Source: a virus
Taxonomy: Duplodnaviria; Caudoviricetes
Length of the DNA stretch: 31,961 nt
IMG/VR virus record: IMGVR_UViG_3300022923_002484
Location: 1 to 31,961 of that record
Direction: 5' to 3' (one strand)
Part shown: positions 15,909 to 25,667 of the stretch, in pieces
How the letters are laid out: each line of letters begins with the position of its first letter
Numbering within the stretch: position 1 is the stretch's first letter
Notes under the pieces: model-generated
What the model was told of the DNA's origin: nothing
The model's input: only the letters and a program-made list of their open reading frames with translations
Databases searched by the model: none
Position numbers and translations under genes: made by a program

Positions 15909-17078
15909 CTATTGAGTGGGTTTTTTAACGCTGTACTGGCCTTGGGCATCTCTAAATAAATAGCCCCCATCGACGGCTTGTTTGATGCGGCGCTTGGCGG
16001 TAACGATGGCGCAAGCGGTGGTGTCTGCGACGGCTTTGGCGATGTCGCTATAGCGGGTATGTCCGGCTTCGACGGCATGGAGGGTATCGGCGATGGCAGC
16101 GGCTTTACCGGATTGTTTGCCTTCGACATCATCCACCCAGGCTTTGACATCGAACTCACTGTCCACCTCGTAGCTCATGGTGGTCTCGTTCATCTGGAGG
16201 CCGATGGGCTTGAAGGGCTTACAATCGTTGGACTTACCGCAGGAGAGCACGATACGGGAGGTATCTTCGGCATCGGCGGGGGCGAGGTTGAGTTGGGAGC
16301 GCACGCCGGAATAAAGGGCTTTGGAGCCGAGGCCGTAGTTGCCCTTATCGTAGCCGACTGCTTGGGCGATATTGCCCCTGCCGGTGCGCGCGTGGTGGAC
16401 GACGATGATGGCGGTGTGATGGTTATGTCGGCGGCAGATACGCGTGAGTTCTCGCAGGGTGTGGCGCACGTCGGCGTCTTTGTTAACATCGCCGACCACG
16501 ACCTCACCAAAGGGATCGATATAGATGACATCGGGTCGAATGGCATCGAGTGTGGCCTGCCACTTTGCGGTGATTTCGAGGGAGCCGATATTGATGAACG
16601 CATCATCCATGGTTTCGACGACATGGAAGAATAGGTGTTGGCCCAGTTGGTCGGTCTCTTGAGTCGAGAAGTGGCAGGTCATTTTATGCAACTCGGACTG
16701 CTGGCGATGGATACTATTTTCGGTGCCAATCAGGAGATGCTTCAAGGGCTGGGGATGTGTTTTGAATCCAGCAAAGCAACGCCCGACAATTTGCGAAATA
16801 GCCAGCTGCATGGTGAAGCGACTTTTGCCCGTGCCGCCCTGGCCGAGGATACTGGTGAGCTGTCCCATGACGATGACGCCCTCCCCTAAGAGATTCTGTT
16901 GAGGAGGGAGCTGTTTGGCCAGCAACTCGGCAGCGGACAGGACGGTGAAGGGCTTGTTAGCAGGCGGCGGACTGGTGGCGGCGGAATGATCCAGCACCGG
17001 GGCATAGGCTTCGATCTGGGGGATGAACTGGGGGTCTTGCTCTGGAATCGCTTCCCAGGTATCGCGAGGTGTGGTCAT
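15909..17078 (-). CDS. RepA/AAA_25-type replicative helicase with a C-terminal HTH
   Basis: Walker A GQGGTGKS, TEN, Walker B VIYIDPF, IVVHH. Start placed at MTTPRDTW (17078) because the longer ORF is only heptamer repeats overlapping the upstream gene. Confidence 0.85.
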   Translation of the reverse strand: MTTPRDTWEAIPEQDPQFIPQIEAYAPVLDHSAATSPPPANKPFTVLSAAELLAKQLPPQQNLLGEGVIVMGQLTSILGQGGTGKSRFTMQLAISQIVGRCFAGFKTHPQPLKHLLIGTENSIHRQQSELHKMTCHFSTQETDQLGQHLFFHVVETMDDAFINIGSLEITAKWQATLDAIRPDVIYIDPFGEVVVGDVNKDADVRHTLRELTRICRRHNHHTAIIVVHHARTGRGNIAQAVGYDKGNYGLGSKALYSGVRSQLNLAPADAEDTSRIVLSCGKSNDCKPFKPIGLQMNETTMSYEVDSEFDVKAWVDDVEGKQSGKAAAIADTLHAVEAGHTRYSDIAKAVADTTACAIVTAKRRIKQAVDGGYLFRDAQGQYSVKKPTQ

Positions 17079-17087
17079 GTGGTGAGT

Positions 17088-17216
17088 GGCTGAGGGTGGA
17101 GGTGAGAGATGGGAGGGCTGAGGTGGGAGATGGGAGACTTGAGGGGGGAGAGCTGAGGTGGGAGGGCTGAGACTTGAGGGCTGAGGGAGGAGACTTGAGG
17201 GCTGAGGGCTGAGGCT
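17088..17216 (-). repeat. Degenerate heptamer tandem repeat (CCTCAGC/TCTCAAG/TCTCCCA)
   Basis: 7-nt periodicity; related tracts at 5360-5401, 8374-8405 and 20588-20724. Confidence 0.8.
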
Positions 17217-18252
17217 AAGTGAGGAGGTGCTTGGGGTTGAAGTGTAGGATCGGCTGGGCTTTGCCGTTGCTGCGACGTCCACCTGGCATGCGTACGAGTT
17301 TGCAAGGATCCCATAGCGAGGCGTCGGCTCCGAGGGTGACGGCCCAAGCAAAGAAATCTTGCTTTGCCGTTTCACTGAGTGCCCGGACATCGAACCAGCC
17401 ATGCATCGATTTGCCCCCCGACCACAGCACCATAATGAGAGGGACTGTGGCTGGGGTATGTAGCGATGAGAGGATGGCGGCTTGCTGCTGCGGGGAGCCT
17501 CGATCGAACTCGACTACTTGAAAGCGCCGCGACTGGGTGGCAATCTCTAGGCAGCGCGGCGAGAGCTTGCCATCGAGCGTGCGGCCGATGGTCGCGGTCA
17601 TGGGGTTGGCGACGATGAACTGCATCGCCGGCTCCATGCCACGCCAATGATGACGCGGCATGGTGCTGGCCGAACGCACATCACGCGCGAGGCAGAGCAA
17701 CTCGTCTTGCGTATAGATCTGATCCAAGACCTCGGCAGGCGTGAACGGCTTTGCGCGGAGCTCGAACAGGAGCTCGTGCTGGGCATAGAGCTGTGAGTCC
17801 TCGGGGCTAAACTCAGGCCAAGTGGGTCGCTTTGCGGCAGTGTGTGGCTTGGCTGCTGACGGGGCAGTAACGACCGAGCGTTGCCGTACAGATGGTGCCA
17901 TACCATAGGCACGTGCGATGGCGCGATCGATCTCGTGGGAGAAGTCACGGTCGTGCCAAGCGTGCTGCGCGGCGACCTGATGGAGGAACGCCCTCACCCG
18001 CTGAGCGGATGCGACATGCTTGGCGCGTGATGCGACCTGCATCAACCAGACATTACGCTCCCCTGCCATGGGAGTGCGTTGTAAGGTCTTGGCCAATGCA
18101 GGCGGCAGTGTATCGATGGTGGCGATGTGGCGTGTGGGTTGTGGTTGCTGGTGTGAAGGTGCGGACGACGGATGTGGGACGGTGCGGATGTGCGGACGAC
18201 GCGGACGACGGATGTGGGGACGGTGCGGATGTACGGACGACGCGGAGGTCAT
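17215..18252 (-). CDS. Primase-like protein (AEP/RepB-like catalytic motifs with a PriCT-like segment); start uncertain
   Basis: VVEFD, WSGGKSMHGWF and KLVRMPG motifs; GERNVWL resembles PriCT; lies upstream of the helicase. Confidence 0.65.
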   Translation of the reverse strand: MTSASSVHPHRPHIRRPRRPHIRTVPHPSSAPSHQQPQPTRHIATIDTLPPALAKTLQRTPMAGERNVWLMQVASRAKHVASAQRVRAFLHQVAAQHAWHDRDFSHEIDRAIARAYGMAPSVRQRSVVTAPSAAKPHTAAKRPTWPEFSPEDSQLYAQHELLFELRAKPFTPAEVLDQIYTQDELLCLARDVRSASTMPRHHWRGMEPAMQFIVANPMTATIGRTLDGKLSPRCLEIATQSRRFQVVEFDRGSPQQQAAILSSLHTPATVPLIMVLWSGGKSMHGWFDVRALSETAKQDFFAWAVTLGADASLWDPCKLVRMPGGRRSNGKAQPILHFNPKHLLT

Positions 18253-18259
18253 CCCTCCC

Positions 18260-18493
18260 CTAACGACGGCGGAGGTAGGCGCGTGAATGGACGGTGCAGT
18301 CTTGTTCGAGTGCGCTGCGAACCTGAGCGACATCAAAGCGGACGAGGTGTCCGATCTTGACGTAGGGGATCTTGCGCTGTGCTTGCATCTGCCGGAGCCA
18401 GCGCAGGGATGGTCGGCTTTGGTCATCGAACAACAGTTCGAGCAGACGCTCAGCGCGGACTAGTTGAGGTGGATTGGTGGTAGTGGTATGCAT
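18260..18493 (-). CDS. Excisionase-like DNA-binding protein
   Basis: PSLRWLRQMQAQRKIPYVKIGHLVRFD winged-HTH pattern; start at MHTTTT, just after the stop of the upstream gene. Confidence 0.75.
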   Translation of the reverse strand: MHTTTTNPPQLVRAERLLELLFDDQSRPSLRWLRQMQAQRKIPYVKIGHLVRFDVAQVRSALEQDCTVHSRAYLRRR

Positions 18494-18503
18494 AGTGGTG
18501 GTA

Positions 18504-18791
18504 TTAGAGTTTGGTGAGATCGTCGGAGTGAGTGAGAATCCAGAAGCCCGGTCTGCCCTTCTCCGATAAACAGATGACGGGGGTTTTATGTTCTGGATCG
18601 GCGAGGCGTTTGGTGTCGTCCCAGAGACGCACCGCGGCGAAGCGCTTACGCTGCTTGCACTCGATGAAGAGCTCGGGGTGCAGGCTATCGGAGCGGGTGA
18701 TTTTAGAATTGCCGCCCGAGAGAGCGTTGCGCTCGGTGTTGAAGAAACGCGCGACGCGGCGCTCGAAGGCTTTCCATGCTTTATCACTCAT
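18504..18791 (-). CDS. Holliday-junction-resolvase-like PD-(D/E)XK nuclease
   Basis: KAFERRVA...SD...FIECKQRK, an Hjc-like motif order in 95 aa. Confidence 0.75.
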   Translation of the reverse strand: MSDKAWKAFERRVARFFNTERNALSGGNSKITRSDSLHPELFIECKQRKRFAAVRLWDDTKRLADPEHKTPVICLSEKGRPGFWILTHSDDLTKL

Positions 18792-19782
18792 GTGAAAGCC
18801 CCCCAGTTATATTGTTTGTGGTTGCGGACGACGCGGAGGTCATCCCTCCCGATGGGGTGGCAACGACGGAGCGTTGCCCTCCAAGTGCGGTGGCAACGAC
18901 GGAGCGTTGCCCTCCAGGTGTGGTGGCAACGACGGAGCGTTGCCCTCCAGGTGGGGTGGCAACGACGGAGCGTTGCCCTCCAGCTGCGGGGCGGGGATCG
19001 TATTTTTTGGTGTGGCGCCAAATGGCGCAGGCCAGTTTGTAGACCTCCCATTCAGCGACTAGCTGCTCTGGGGTATAGGTGCAGACTTCGAGACGGCCTG
19101 GTTCGGTGGTGGAGATATAGACGTTGGCTCCATACACCTGCGGCAGCTTGGCTTCGCCCCAATAGGTGGCAGCATAGGCGGCGATCTGCATGGCTTGACC
19201 GTCGAAGGGTTTAACCTCGACGCCGGGCTTGGTCTTTTTGGTTTTAAAGTCGATCACACCAATGCCGTCTTGACCGTAGCGGCAAGCGATATCCATGGTG
19301 CCGGCAAAGCCGTAGTCGGTATTGACGAGGACTTTCTCGCGCTCGATGAATTGGATCTGCTTCTGCGCCTGCCAGGCGAATACGGGCGAGGTGTAGGCTT
19401 GCAGATCTTGGGGGACTTCGACGCCTTCGTAATGCTTCTCAATGGCGTCGTGGATACGACTGCCCAGATCGGCGGCTTGCTCGACCTGTTGAAACGCTTC
19501 GTCGATAAGCCGATCGACATAGTAGTCGTCGGATTCCTCGGCGCTGCGTTCGAGGCGCAAGGAGGCAAGCGCGACTTGCTGCAGCTTCCAACGATCGAGT
19601 TGCGGCTTGGAGAAGATGCCTAGGATCGAGGTGACACTGGGAAAGAGTTGCAGCTTACGGGCGTCGCGGAGAGTAGTGGCACGGAGGCCACTGCCCTTGG
19701 TACGGGGGAGCTGATGACAGGGCGTGCCATCGGCTTTGTACCAATGCGAGGAAGGTGTATTTGATTTTTTAAGATGAGCCAT
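18784..19782 (-). CDS. Phage PD-(D/E)XK exonuclease with a REP-derived C-terminal extension
   Basis: PSVTSIL, GSRIHDAIE, FAGTMD, VIDFKT and QIAAYA motifs; start at MAHLKK (19782). Confidence 0.85.
   Translation of the reverse strand: MAHLKKSNTPSSHWYKADGTPCHQLPRTKGSGLRATTLRDARKLQLFPSVTSILGIFSKPQLDRWKLQQVALASLRLERSAEESDDYYVDRLIDEAFQQVEQAADLGSRIHDAIEKHYEGVEVPQDLQAYTSPVFAWQAQKQIQFIEREKVLVNTDYGFAGTMDIACRYGQDGIGVIDFKTKKTKPGVEVKPFDGQAMQIAAYAATYWGEAKLPQVYGANVYISTTEPGRLEVCTYTPEQLVAEWEVYKLACAIWRHTKKYDPRPAAGGQRSVVATPPGGQRSVVATTPGGQRSVVATALGGQRSVVATPSGGMTSASSATTNNITGGLSHE
18823..18981 (-). repeat. REP cluster: one family A plus four family B copies at a 33-bp period, inside the exonuclease ORF
   Basis: Family B starts at 18856, 18889, 18922 and 18955; translated as GGQRSVVAT x4. 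Confidence 0.9.
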
Positions 19783-19852
19783 TTTTTTAGTAGGAAGGAC
19801 CAGCTGAGCTGGTGTGAGAAAGTTTAAAGGTGGGAAAGTTTGAAGGTGGAGG

Positions 19853-19884
19853 GAGCCCCCTCCCCGATTGCGCGGAGGGGGCTC
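19853..19884. terminator. Hairpin downstream of the SSB-like gene
   Basis: 11-bp stem GAGCCCCCTCC/GGAGGGGGCTC; no clear U-tract. Confidence 0.45.
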
Positions 19885-19898
19885 GGTGAGAAAACGCC

Positions 19899-20558
19899 CT
19901 AGAACGGGACCTCTTCGTTGGTGGTGATGTGCGGGTTCCACTCCGGCGCCGTGGCGGGAGTCGCTGGCGGTGCAGGCTGAGGGGCGAACCCTGCGGGCTG
20001 AGGCTGCTGGTTGTAGGGAGCCTGGGGGTCGGTCAGTGGTGGCGTAGCCCCCGCGGCACTGGGCAAGGTGCTGACTTCTGCGGGGGCCGGCGGAGAGGTT
20101 TGACTGATGAGGAAGGATTCCAGCGGAAGCACCTGCGGCTTGAGTTGGTCGATGACTGGCGAAATACCAATCAGGTTGGCATAAGTCTTGGTGCCATCGC
20201 GGGACTGTTTGTGGGCGATGGTGATCATGGTGCCCTGCCCCTTCAGCTCACAGTAATCCCAGCCATACTTCGGCGGCGTGCCGAGCCAGGCGGTGAGGAA
20301 CTTAAACAGATTCGACTTGGGCGAACCACTGATGCGGAACTCGAAGGACTGGACCTTGTAGAGCTGGCCATCCTGAGCACGGAAGCCAAACAGGAAGCGG
20401 GTCACATCGATCTGTTCCGACTCTTGCGGATTTTCGAACTTGGGACGCTCGACGCCAAACTGATCTTCGACTGCGAGACAAGTGGCGACGTAGGTGCCGG
20501 TGGGAGCAAGGGCTTCGATGTCGAAACCGTTGGATGAGGGTTGTGCTAATAATGCCAT
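19899..20558 (-). CDS. Phage ssDNA-binding/replication-organiser-like protein
   Basis: PTGTYVATC start, SPKSNLFKFL, Pro/Ala linker and an acidic EEVPF tail typical of SSB C-termini; adjacent to the exonuclease. Confidence 0.65.
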   Translation of the reverse strand: MALLAQPSSNGFDIEALAPTGTYVATCLAVEDQFGVERPKFENPQESEQIDVTRFLFGFRAQDGQLYKVQSFEFRISGSPKSNLFKFLTAWLGTPPKYGWDYCELKGQGTMITIAHKQSRDGTKTYANLIGISPVIDQLKPQVLPLESFLISQTSPPAPAEVSTLPSAAGATPPLTDPQAPYNQQPQPAGFAPQPAPPATPATAPEWNPHITTNEEVPF

Positions 20559-20855
20559 AGTTGTGTGGTTGGTTGTTGGGTTGTGATGAGAGACCTGAAG
20601 GCTGATGCCTGAGGGCTGAGAGATGGGAAGGAGGTCTGAGACTTGAGGGGGGGAGACTTGAAAGATGAGGGCTGAAAGCTGAGACTTAAAAGATGGGACT
20701 TGAGAGGTGGGATTTGAGGACTGAAGAACAATGGGGCTAAATTAATGTTTTTTGCTAAAAAGGCATAGCTATCGCTAGGAAGGCGTGTTTTTCGCGCTCA
20801 GAAGTTAAAGATTTAGCAGATACAGCCGAGGTCGACTGTCAGGGATGATGATCGG

Positions 20856-21062
20856 CTAGCCAGGCGGGCAGTAATCTTGGGTACGACAGGTACTCAAATA
20901 CTGATCAACTGCCTGCTGAGGCACCCGAATGACCCGTTTGTTAATTCGATAGACTGGCGCGATACTGCCCTGATTGATCAGCTTTAATACAGTCTTGCTG
21001 CAGAAACCTAATTGTAGGGATACTTCTTTGGGAGATAGAGCAATGGTCGCTGATTCAGTCAT
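20856..21062 (-). CDS. HTH_17/excisionase-like regulator (Cro/AlpA position)
   Basis: LSPKEVSLQLGFCSKTVLKLINQGSI..RVIRVP; divergent from the repressor. Confidence 0.8.
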   Translation of the reverse strand: MTESATIALSPKEVSLQLGFCSKTVLKLINQGSIAPVYRINKRVIRVPQQAVDQYLSTCRTQDYCPPG

Positions 21063-21237
21063 TTAAAGGCAGTTATTTTTTATGATGCATTGAGCACTCA
21101 CGTGCGTGTGATGACGCAAAAATTCCTTTAATAACGTTCCATTACAAGAACTTTCTACGCATCTTCTTTAACTTTACTCTTGTTTACCTAACATTCTTCA
21201 ACTTAATCAGCTAAAACACCGTAAACACCCCTCGACC

Positions 21238-21882
21238 ATGACCGCAGCCACCCCCTCCAACGATAAGCTAGGCCCCGTGATGAAACGGCTGCTCAAAGCC
21301 CGATCGATGAAAGCCTACGAACTCGGCGAGCAGATCGGCCTGAGCCCGACTTCGATCAGCAAGATCATGAACGGGATCAGCCGGCCACGGCAGAACACCT
21401 TCACGCGGATGTGCCAAGCGCTCTGCGCCAGCAAGCACGACGAATACCAACTCGTCCAGGCCTTCACCGGCGCTGAAACCCTCGAAGAAGAACAGGAGGC
21501 GGCGCACCACCGCCCACAAAGCGAGCCCGAGCAAGAGATCTTGCGCCTGCGCGCCGAGCAATTTCTGGAGCGCAAGACCCAGTCGATCCAATTTAAACGC
21601 AGTGTCGCCCGCGAGCTCGACAAGGCGGGTATCGCCTACCAACAAGACTACTGCCAGGGCCCCTACTCGACCGACTTTTTGATCGAGCACAACGGTCAGC
21701 GCATCGCACTGGAGTGTAAGAGTAATATCGGGCGCGACCTAGAAAAGACCGAAGCGATCTGCGCGCTGATCCAGGAGCAACTGAACTGCTCGCAGGTGCG
21801 AATTGTGCTGCCGTACCTCGAAGACCAGCGCGCGGCGAACTACGTGAGCGTGGCGGGGATCACGGCTTATTTGGAGAAGTGA
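21238..21882 (+). CDS. XRE-family repressor fused to a PD-(D/E)XK-like domain
   Basis: N-terminal ELGEQIGLSPTSISKIMNGISRP; C-terminal STDFLIEHNGQRIALECKS. Confidence 0.8.
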   Translation: MTAATPSNDKLGPVMKRLLKARSMKAYELGEQIGLSPTSISKIMNGISRPRQNTFTRMCQALCASKHDEYQLVQAFTGAETLEEEQEAAHHRPQSEPEQEILRLRAEQFLERKTQSIQFKRSVARELDKAGIAYQQDYCQGPYSTDFLIEHNGQRIALECKSNIGRDLEKTEAICALIQEQLNCSQVRIVLPYLEDQRAANYVSVAGITAYLEK

Positions 21883-22126
21883 TGCAGACCGTGGCTCATG
21901 AAGAAAATAGCGCCCTGCCCCTGCGAATGTCCTACCCTCGTGTGATATAGTTTAACACCAACGACCTCACCGCTGTAAAATTATCTGACTAAACTCACAT
22001 TTGCTATTTTTGCTTTGCCTGAACACAACTATAAAGCTTTTAGTCAAAGTTTGTTTCAGCCTCATTCACCTACCTTTCAACGAAAAAAAACATACAAGGA
22101 AGCGCATTCCCAAGAACTGACTCAAT

Positions 22127-25100
22127 ATGAAACTTTCAGAAATTAAAGCTGGTCAATCACTTGTAGGAATCGAGAACGATTATATCGTCCAAGTCATTAC
22201 GCCCGTTCAAATAGGAACGGATACAATTCAGTTAATTTATAAGCTTCCAGACGGAACTATACGTGAAACATTATTAGACCAGACAAGAGAAACGACAATC
22301 TCAGTCGCGACCGTTGAAAGCCCTTGGTCATTCGATGGGGATGGGGAAGCCTTCAAGCTCGCGGTCGAAGCGAAACGTATCGACCTCGCCTTTCTGTTCG
22401 ACCCAATGATGGCGATTCACACTTCGAACGTGGAGCCGCTACCGCACCAGATTACAGCAGTTTATGAATCCATGTTGCCCAAGCAGCCCCTTCGATTCGT
22501 TCTCGCGGATGACCCAGGATCTGGCAAGACAATCATGGCTGGGCTCTACATTCGAGAACTCATCATGCGTGCGGACGCTCGACGGGTCCTAATCGTGGCA
22601 CCAGGCTCCTTGGTTGAACAGTGGCGAGATGAATTATTTGAAAAGTTCGGCCTAGAATTCAAAGTGTTTTCTAAAGAGCTAGAAGCATCCTCTCCTTCCG
22701 GAAATGCATTTAACGATTATGACCAACAAATCGTTCGCTTGGATCAGATGGCTCGCAATGAGGAGCTACAAGAAAAGCTATGCTCGGAGCCATGGGATCT
22801 CGTCATCTTCGACGAAGCTCACAAACTCTCAGCTCACTTTTATGGTCAAAAACTAGAGAAAACGGGGCGCTATAAATTTGCAGAGCGCATCGGGGCACAT
22901 ACACGGCACTTGCTGTTAATGACAGCGACGCCGCACAATGGCAAAGAGGAGGATTTTCAGCTGTTCCTTGGGCTTCTCGACTCAGACCGCTTCTATGGGA
23001 AATTCCGTGATGGGGTTCATAAAGTGGATACTTCCGACTTGATTCGCCGAATGGTGAAGGAAGATATGGTCAGATTCGATGGAACTCCGCTGTTCCTAGA
23101 GCGCCGTGCTTATACAATCAATTATAAGCTCTCAGACATTGAAGTGGAGCTCTACGAGGCAGTCACTCTCTATGTAACGACCGAGATGGGCAAGGCAGAC
23201 CAACTTGACGGCAAACGTCGTGGCTCTGTCGGTTTCGCACTCACAGCGCTCCAGCGCCGAGTCGCATCCAGCCCGGAAGCGATCTTTCAATCTCTAAACA
23301 ATCGTCGTGATCGCCTTGAGAAGCGACTTCGTGAAAGCCGTCTATCTGAACGGGGCCGTCAATTACTAGTTCCCGTCCTGGATGAGGTGCCTGAAGACGA
23401 CGATGACCTCAATGCCAGCGAACAGGAGGAACTTGAAGACGAGCTCGTCGACCAAGCAACAGCAGCTCAAACCGTCGAAGAGCTTGAAGACGAGATTCGC
23501 ATCTTAGGCGATCTAGTTAAGATCGCTCAAGAAGTCGTCCTCTCCGGCAATGACCGCAAATGGGACGAACTCTCAAAGATCCTGCAGAACGATGCCAGCA
23601 TACGAGATGCCGACGGCCAAATGCGGAAGCTCATTATATTCACCGAGCATCGTGCCACACTCAGCTATCTTGAAAAACAGATCAACGGGGTTCTAGGGAC
23701 TCCAGGTGCGGTTGTCACGATTCACGGTGGCACCCACCGAGACGAACGCCGAAAAGTGCAAGCACTCTTCCGTTCCGACAAGACGGTGCGCGTCCTCGTT
23801 GCCACCGATGCTGCGGGCGAAGGCGTAAATCTTCAAAACGCCAATCTAATGGTCAATTATGACCTCCCGTGGAACCCAAATCGACTCGAACAGCGCTTCG
23901 GCCGCATTCATCGTATTGGACAACAGGAAGTTTGCCACCTTTGGAACCTAGTTGCCAACGAGACCCGTGAAGGCGATGTTTATTTCCGCCTACTCAAAAA
24001 AATAGAAACGATCAGCGATGCGTTTAAAGGGCGTGTCTTTGACGTGCTTGGAGAAGTCTTTGAAGAACGCAGTCTCAAAGATATGCTAATGGAGGCCATT
24101 CGCTACAACGATAAGCCCGAGGTTAAAAGTAAGCTGAAAGAAGTCATCGACTCTGCACTCGATGAAGACCACATCCGCGATTTGCTGGATCGCAATGCCC
24201 TGTCACAAGAGCAAATGGGAGCGGAGCGTCTCTTCTCCGTCAAAGAGCAAATGGAAAAAGCCGAGGCTCGAAAGCTCCAGCCGTATTTTGTGCGCTCGTT
24301 CTTTCTGGCTGCGTTTAACCAGCTCGGTGGGTCAATGTATCCACGCGAAACTGACCGCTGGGAAATTACACATGTTCCCGCAACGCTCCGCGAACGCGAT
24401 CGTTTGATCACTGGGCGCAATCGCCGCGATTCAGCCCCCGTGCTTCGCACCTACGAACGCGTCTGCTTCTCAAAGGAAGCCGTTCGTCTCAACAACAAGC
24501 CTAATGCTCCCATGGGAATCATGCTCCACCCGGGGCACCCATTGATGTTGTCCGTCAGCGATGTCATTTTGGAGCAACACGCGAACCTCTTACGGCAAGG
24601 CGCAGTCCTACTCGATCCTAGCGATGAGGGCATTGAACCTTCACTTATATTTCTACTCACGCACGAGGTTAAATCCGGCGAAGGCAGCGTGCTCTCCAAA
24701 CGCTTACAATTCGTGCGTGTTACCCCCGAAGGCAAAGCAACCTTTGCAGGTTGGGCTCCTCACCTCGACATGGAGCCGATTGCTCTAGAGGATCGTTCGC
24801 TGCTCGCAGACACGCTTGCCTCGGATTGGCTGCACAAAGGACTCGATCAACAAGCACTCACACTCGCTGCGCAGACACTCGTCCCGGAGCATTACGAAGA
24901 AGTCGCCACACGCAGAATCAAAAGCGTGGATAAAACCCTGCACGCCGTTAATGAGCGCCTGAGTAAGGAGATTTCCTTTTGGTCGGATCGCTACATAAAA
25001 CTAAGTGACGACCAAACCGCCGGTAAGGACGTGCGACTAAACCTAGAAAACGTGCGTCGAACACTAAGAGACCTCGAAAGCCGGCTTGAAACACGTAAAC

Positions 25101-25609
25101 GTGAACTCCAGACCATGCGCCACGTCACTTCCGCCACTCCGGTTGTGCTGAGTGGTGCCTTAGTCATACCAGCAGGTTTGTTGAAGCAGGTCAAAGGCGA
25201 GACGACCTCCCCTGGCACCTTTGGTGTCGATCCAGTCGCCCGCGCCAAGATCGAACAGATCGCCATGACTGCCGTAACGAAAGCAGAAGAGGCCCGAGGC
25301 TGTGTCGTGACTGATGTCGCCGCTCAAAAGTGCGGCTGGGACATTACCTCACAGCCAGCCGAAGGTGCGATACGCCACATTGAAGTCAAAGGCCGCGCCA
25401 AAGGAGCCCCCTCCATCACCGTCACCCGTAATGAAATCCTCTACGCCCTCAACCAAGCAGATAAGTTTGTGCTGGCGATTGTGCTGGTGGACGAGAATGA
25501 CGCAGCGGAAGGCCCTTACTATTTAACGAACCCATTCACCCAAGAGCCTGACTACGGAGTCGCCTCGATTAACTACGACTTGAAAGAACTGCTTTCTAAA
25601 GCACTGTGA
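22127..25609 (+). CDS. SNF2-family helicase with a C-terminal DUF3883 nuclease domain
   Basis: [31 protein letters not shown] and [12 protein letters not shown]; C-terminal GWDITS...HIEVKGR. Confidence 0.93.
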   Translation: MKLSEIKAGQSLVGIENDYIVQVITPVQIGTDTIQLIYKLPDGTIRETLLDQTRETTISVATVESPWSFDGDGEAFKLAVEAKRIDLAFLFDPMMAIHTSNVEPLPHQITAVYESMLPKQPLRFVLADDPGSGKTIMAGLYIRELIMRADARRVLIVAPGSLVEQWRDELFEKFGLEFKVFSKELEASSPSGNAFNDYDQQIVRLDQMARNEELQEKLCSEPWDLVIFDEAHKLSAHFYGQKLEKTGRYKFAERIGAHTRHLLLMTATPHNGKEEDFQLFLGLLDSDRFYGKFRDGVHKVDTSDLIRRMVKEDMVRFDGTPLFLERRAYTINYKLSDIEVELYEAVTLYVTTEMGKADQLDGKRRGSVGFALTALQRRVASSPEAIFQSLNNRRDRLEKRLRESRLSERGRQLLVPVLDEVPEDDDDLNASEQEELEDELVDQATAAQTVEELEDEIRILGDLVKIAQEVVLSGNDRKWDELSKILQNDASIRDADGQMRKLIIFTEHRATLSYLEKQINGVLGTPGAVVTIHGGTHRDERRKVQALFRSDKTVRVLVATDAAGEGVNLQNANLMVNYDLPWNPNRLEQRFGRIHRIGQQEVCHLWNLVANETREGDVYFRLLKKIETISDAFKGRVFDVLGEVFEERSLKDMLMEAIRYNDKPEVKSKLKEVIDSALDEDHIRDLLDRNALSQEQMGAERLFSVKEQMEKAEARKLQPYFVRSFFLAAFNQLGGSMYPRETDRWEITHVPATLRERDRLITGRNRRDSAPVLRTYERVCFSKEAVRLNNKPNAPMGIMLHPGHPLMLSVSDVILEQHANLLRQGAVLLDPSDEGIEPSLIFLLTHEVKSGEGSVLSKRLQFVRVTPEGKATFAGWAPHLDMEPIALEDRSLLADTLASDWLHKGLDQQALTLAAQTLVPEHYEEVATRRIKSVDKTLHAVNERLSKEISFWSDRYIKLSDDQTAGKDVRLNLENVRRTLRDLESRLETRKRELQTMRHVTSATPVVLSGALVIPAGLLKQVKGETTSPGTFGVDPVARAKIEQIAMTAVTKAEEARGCVVTDVAAQKCGWDITSQPAEGAIRHIEVKGRAKGAPSITVTRNEILYALNQADKFVLAIVLVDENDAAEGPYYLTNPFTQEPDYGVASINYDLKELLSKAL

Positions 25610-25667
25610 TGACAGCAAGAAACCCTTCTTAATTACTATTCCCTCATTCCATCGAATCATACATTTA

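Noticed and set aside
17079-17402. N-terminal extension of the helicase ORF (likewise 19783-19941, 18494-18787 and 1573-1686 extensions)
   Set aside because: They overlap upstream genes or consist of repeat or promoter DNA; better starts exist downstream.
18856-18981. CRISPR array (also 15436-15528)
   Set aside because: The 27-bp repeats are separated by only 6-bp near-identical linkers, there are no cas genes, and single dispersed copies show REP behaviour.
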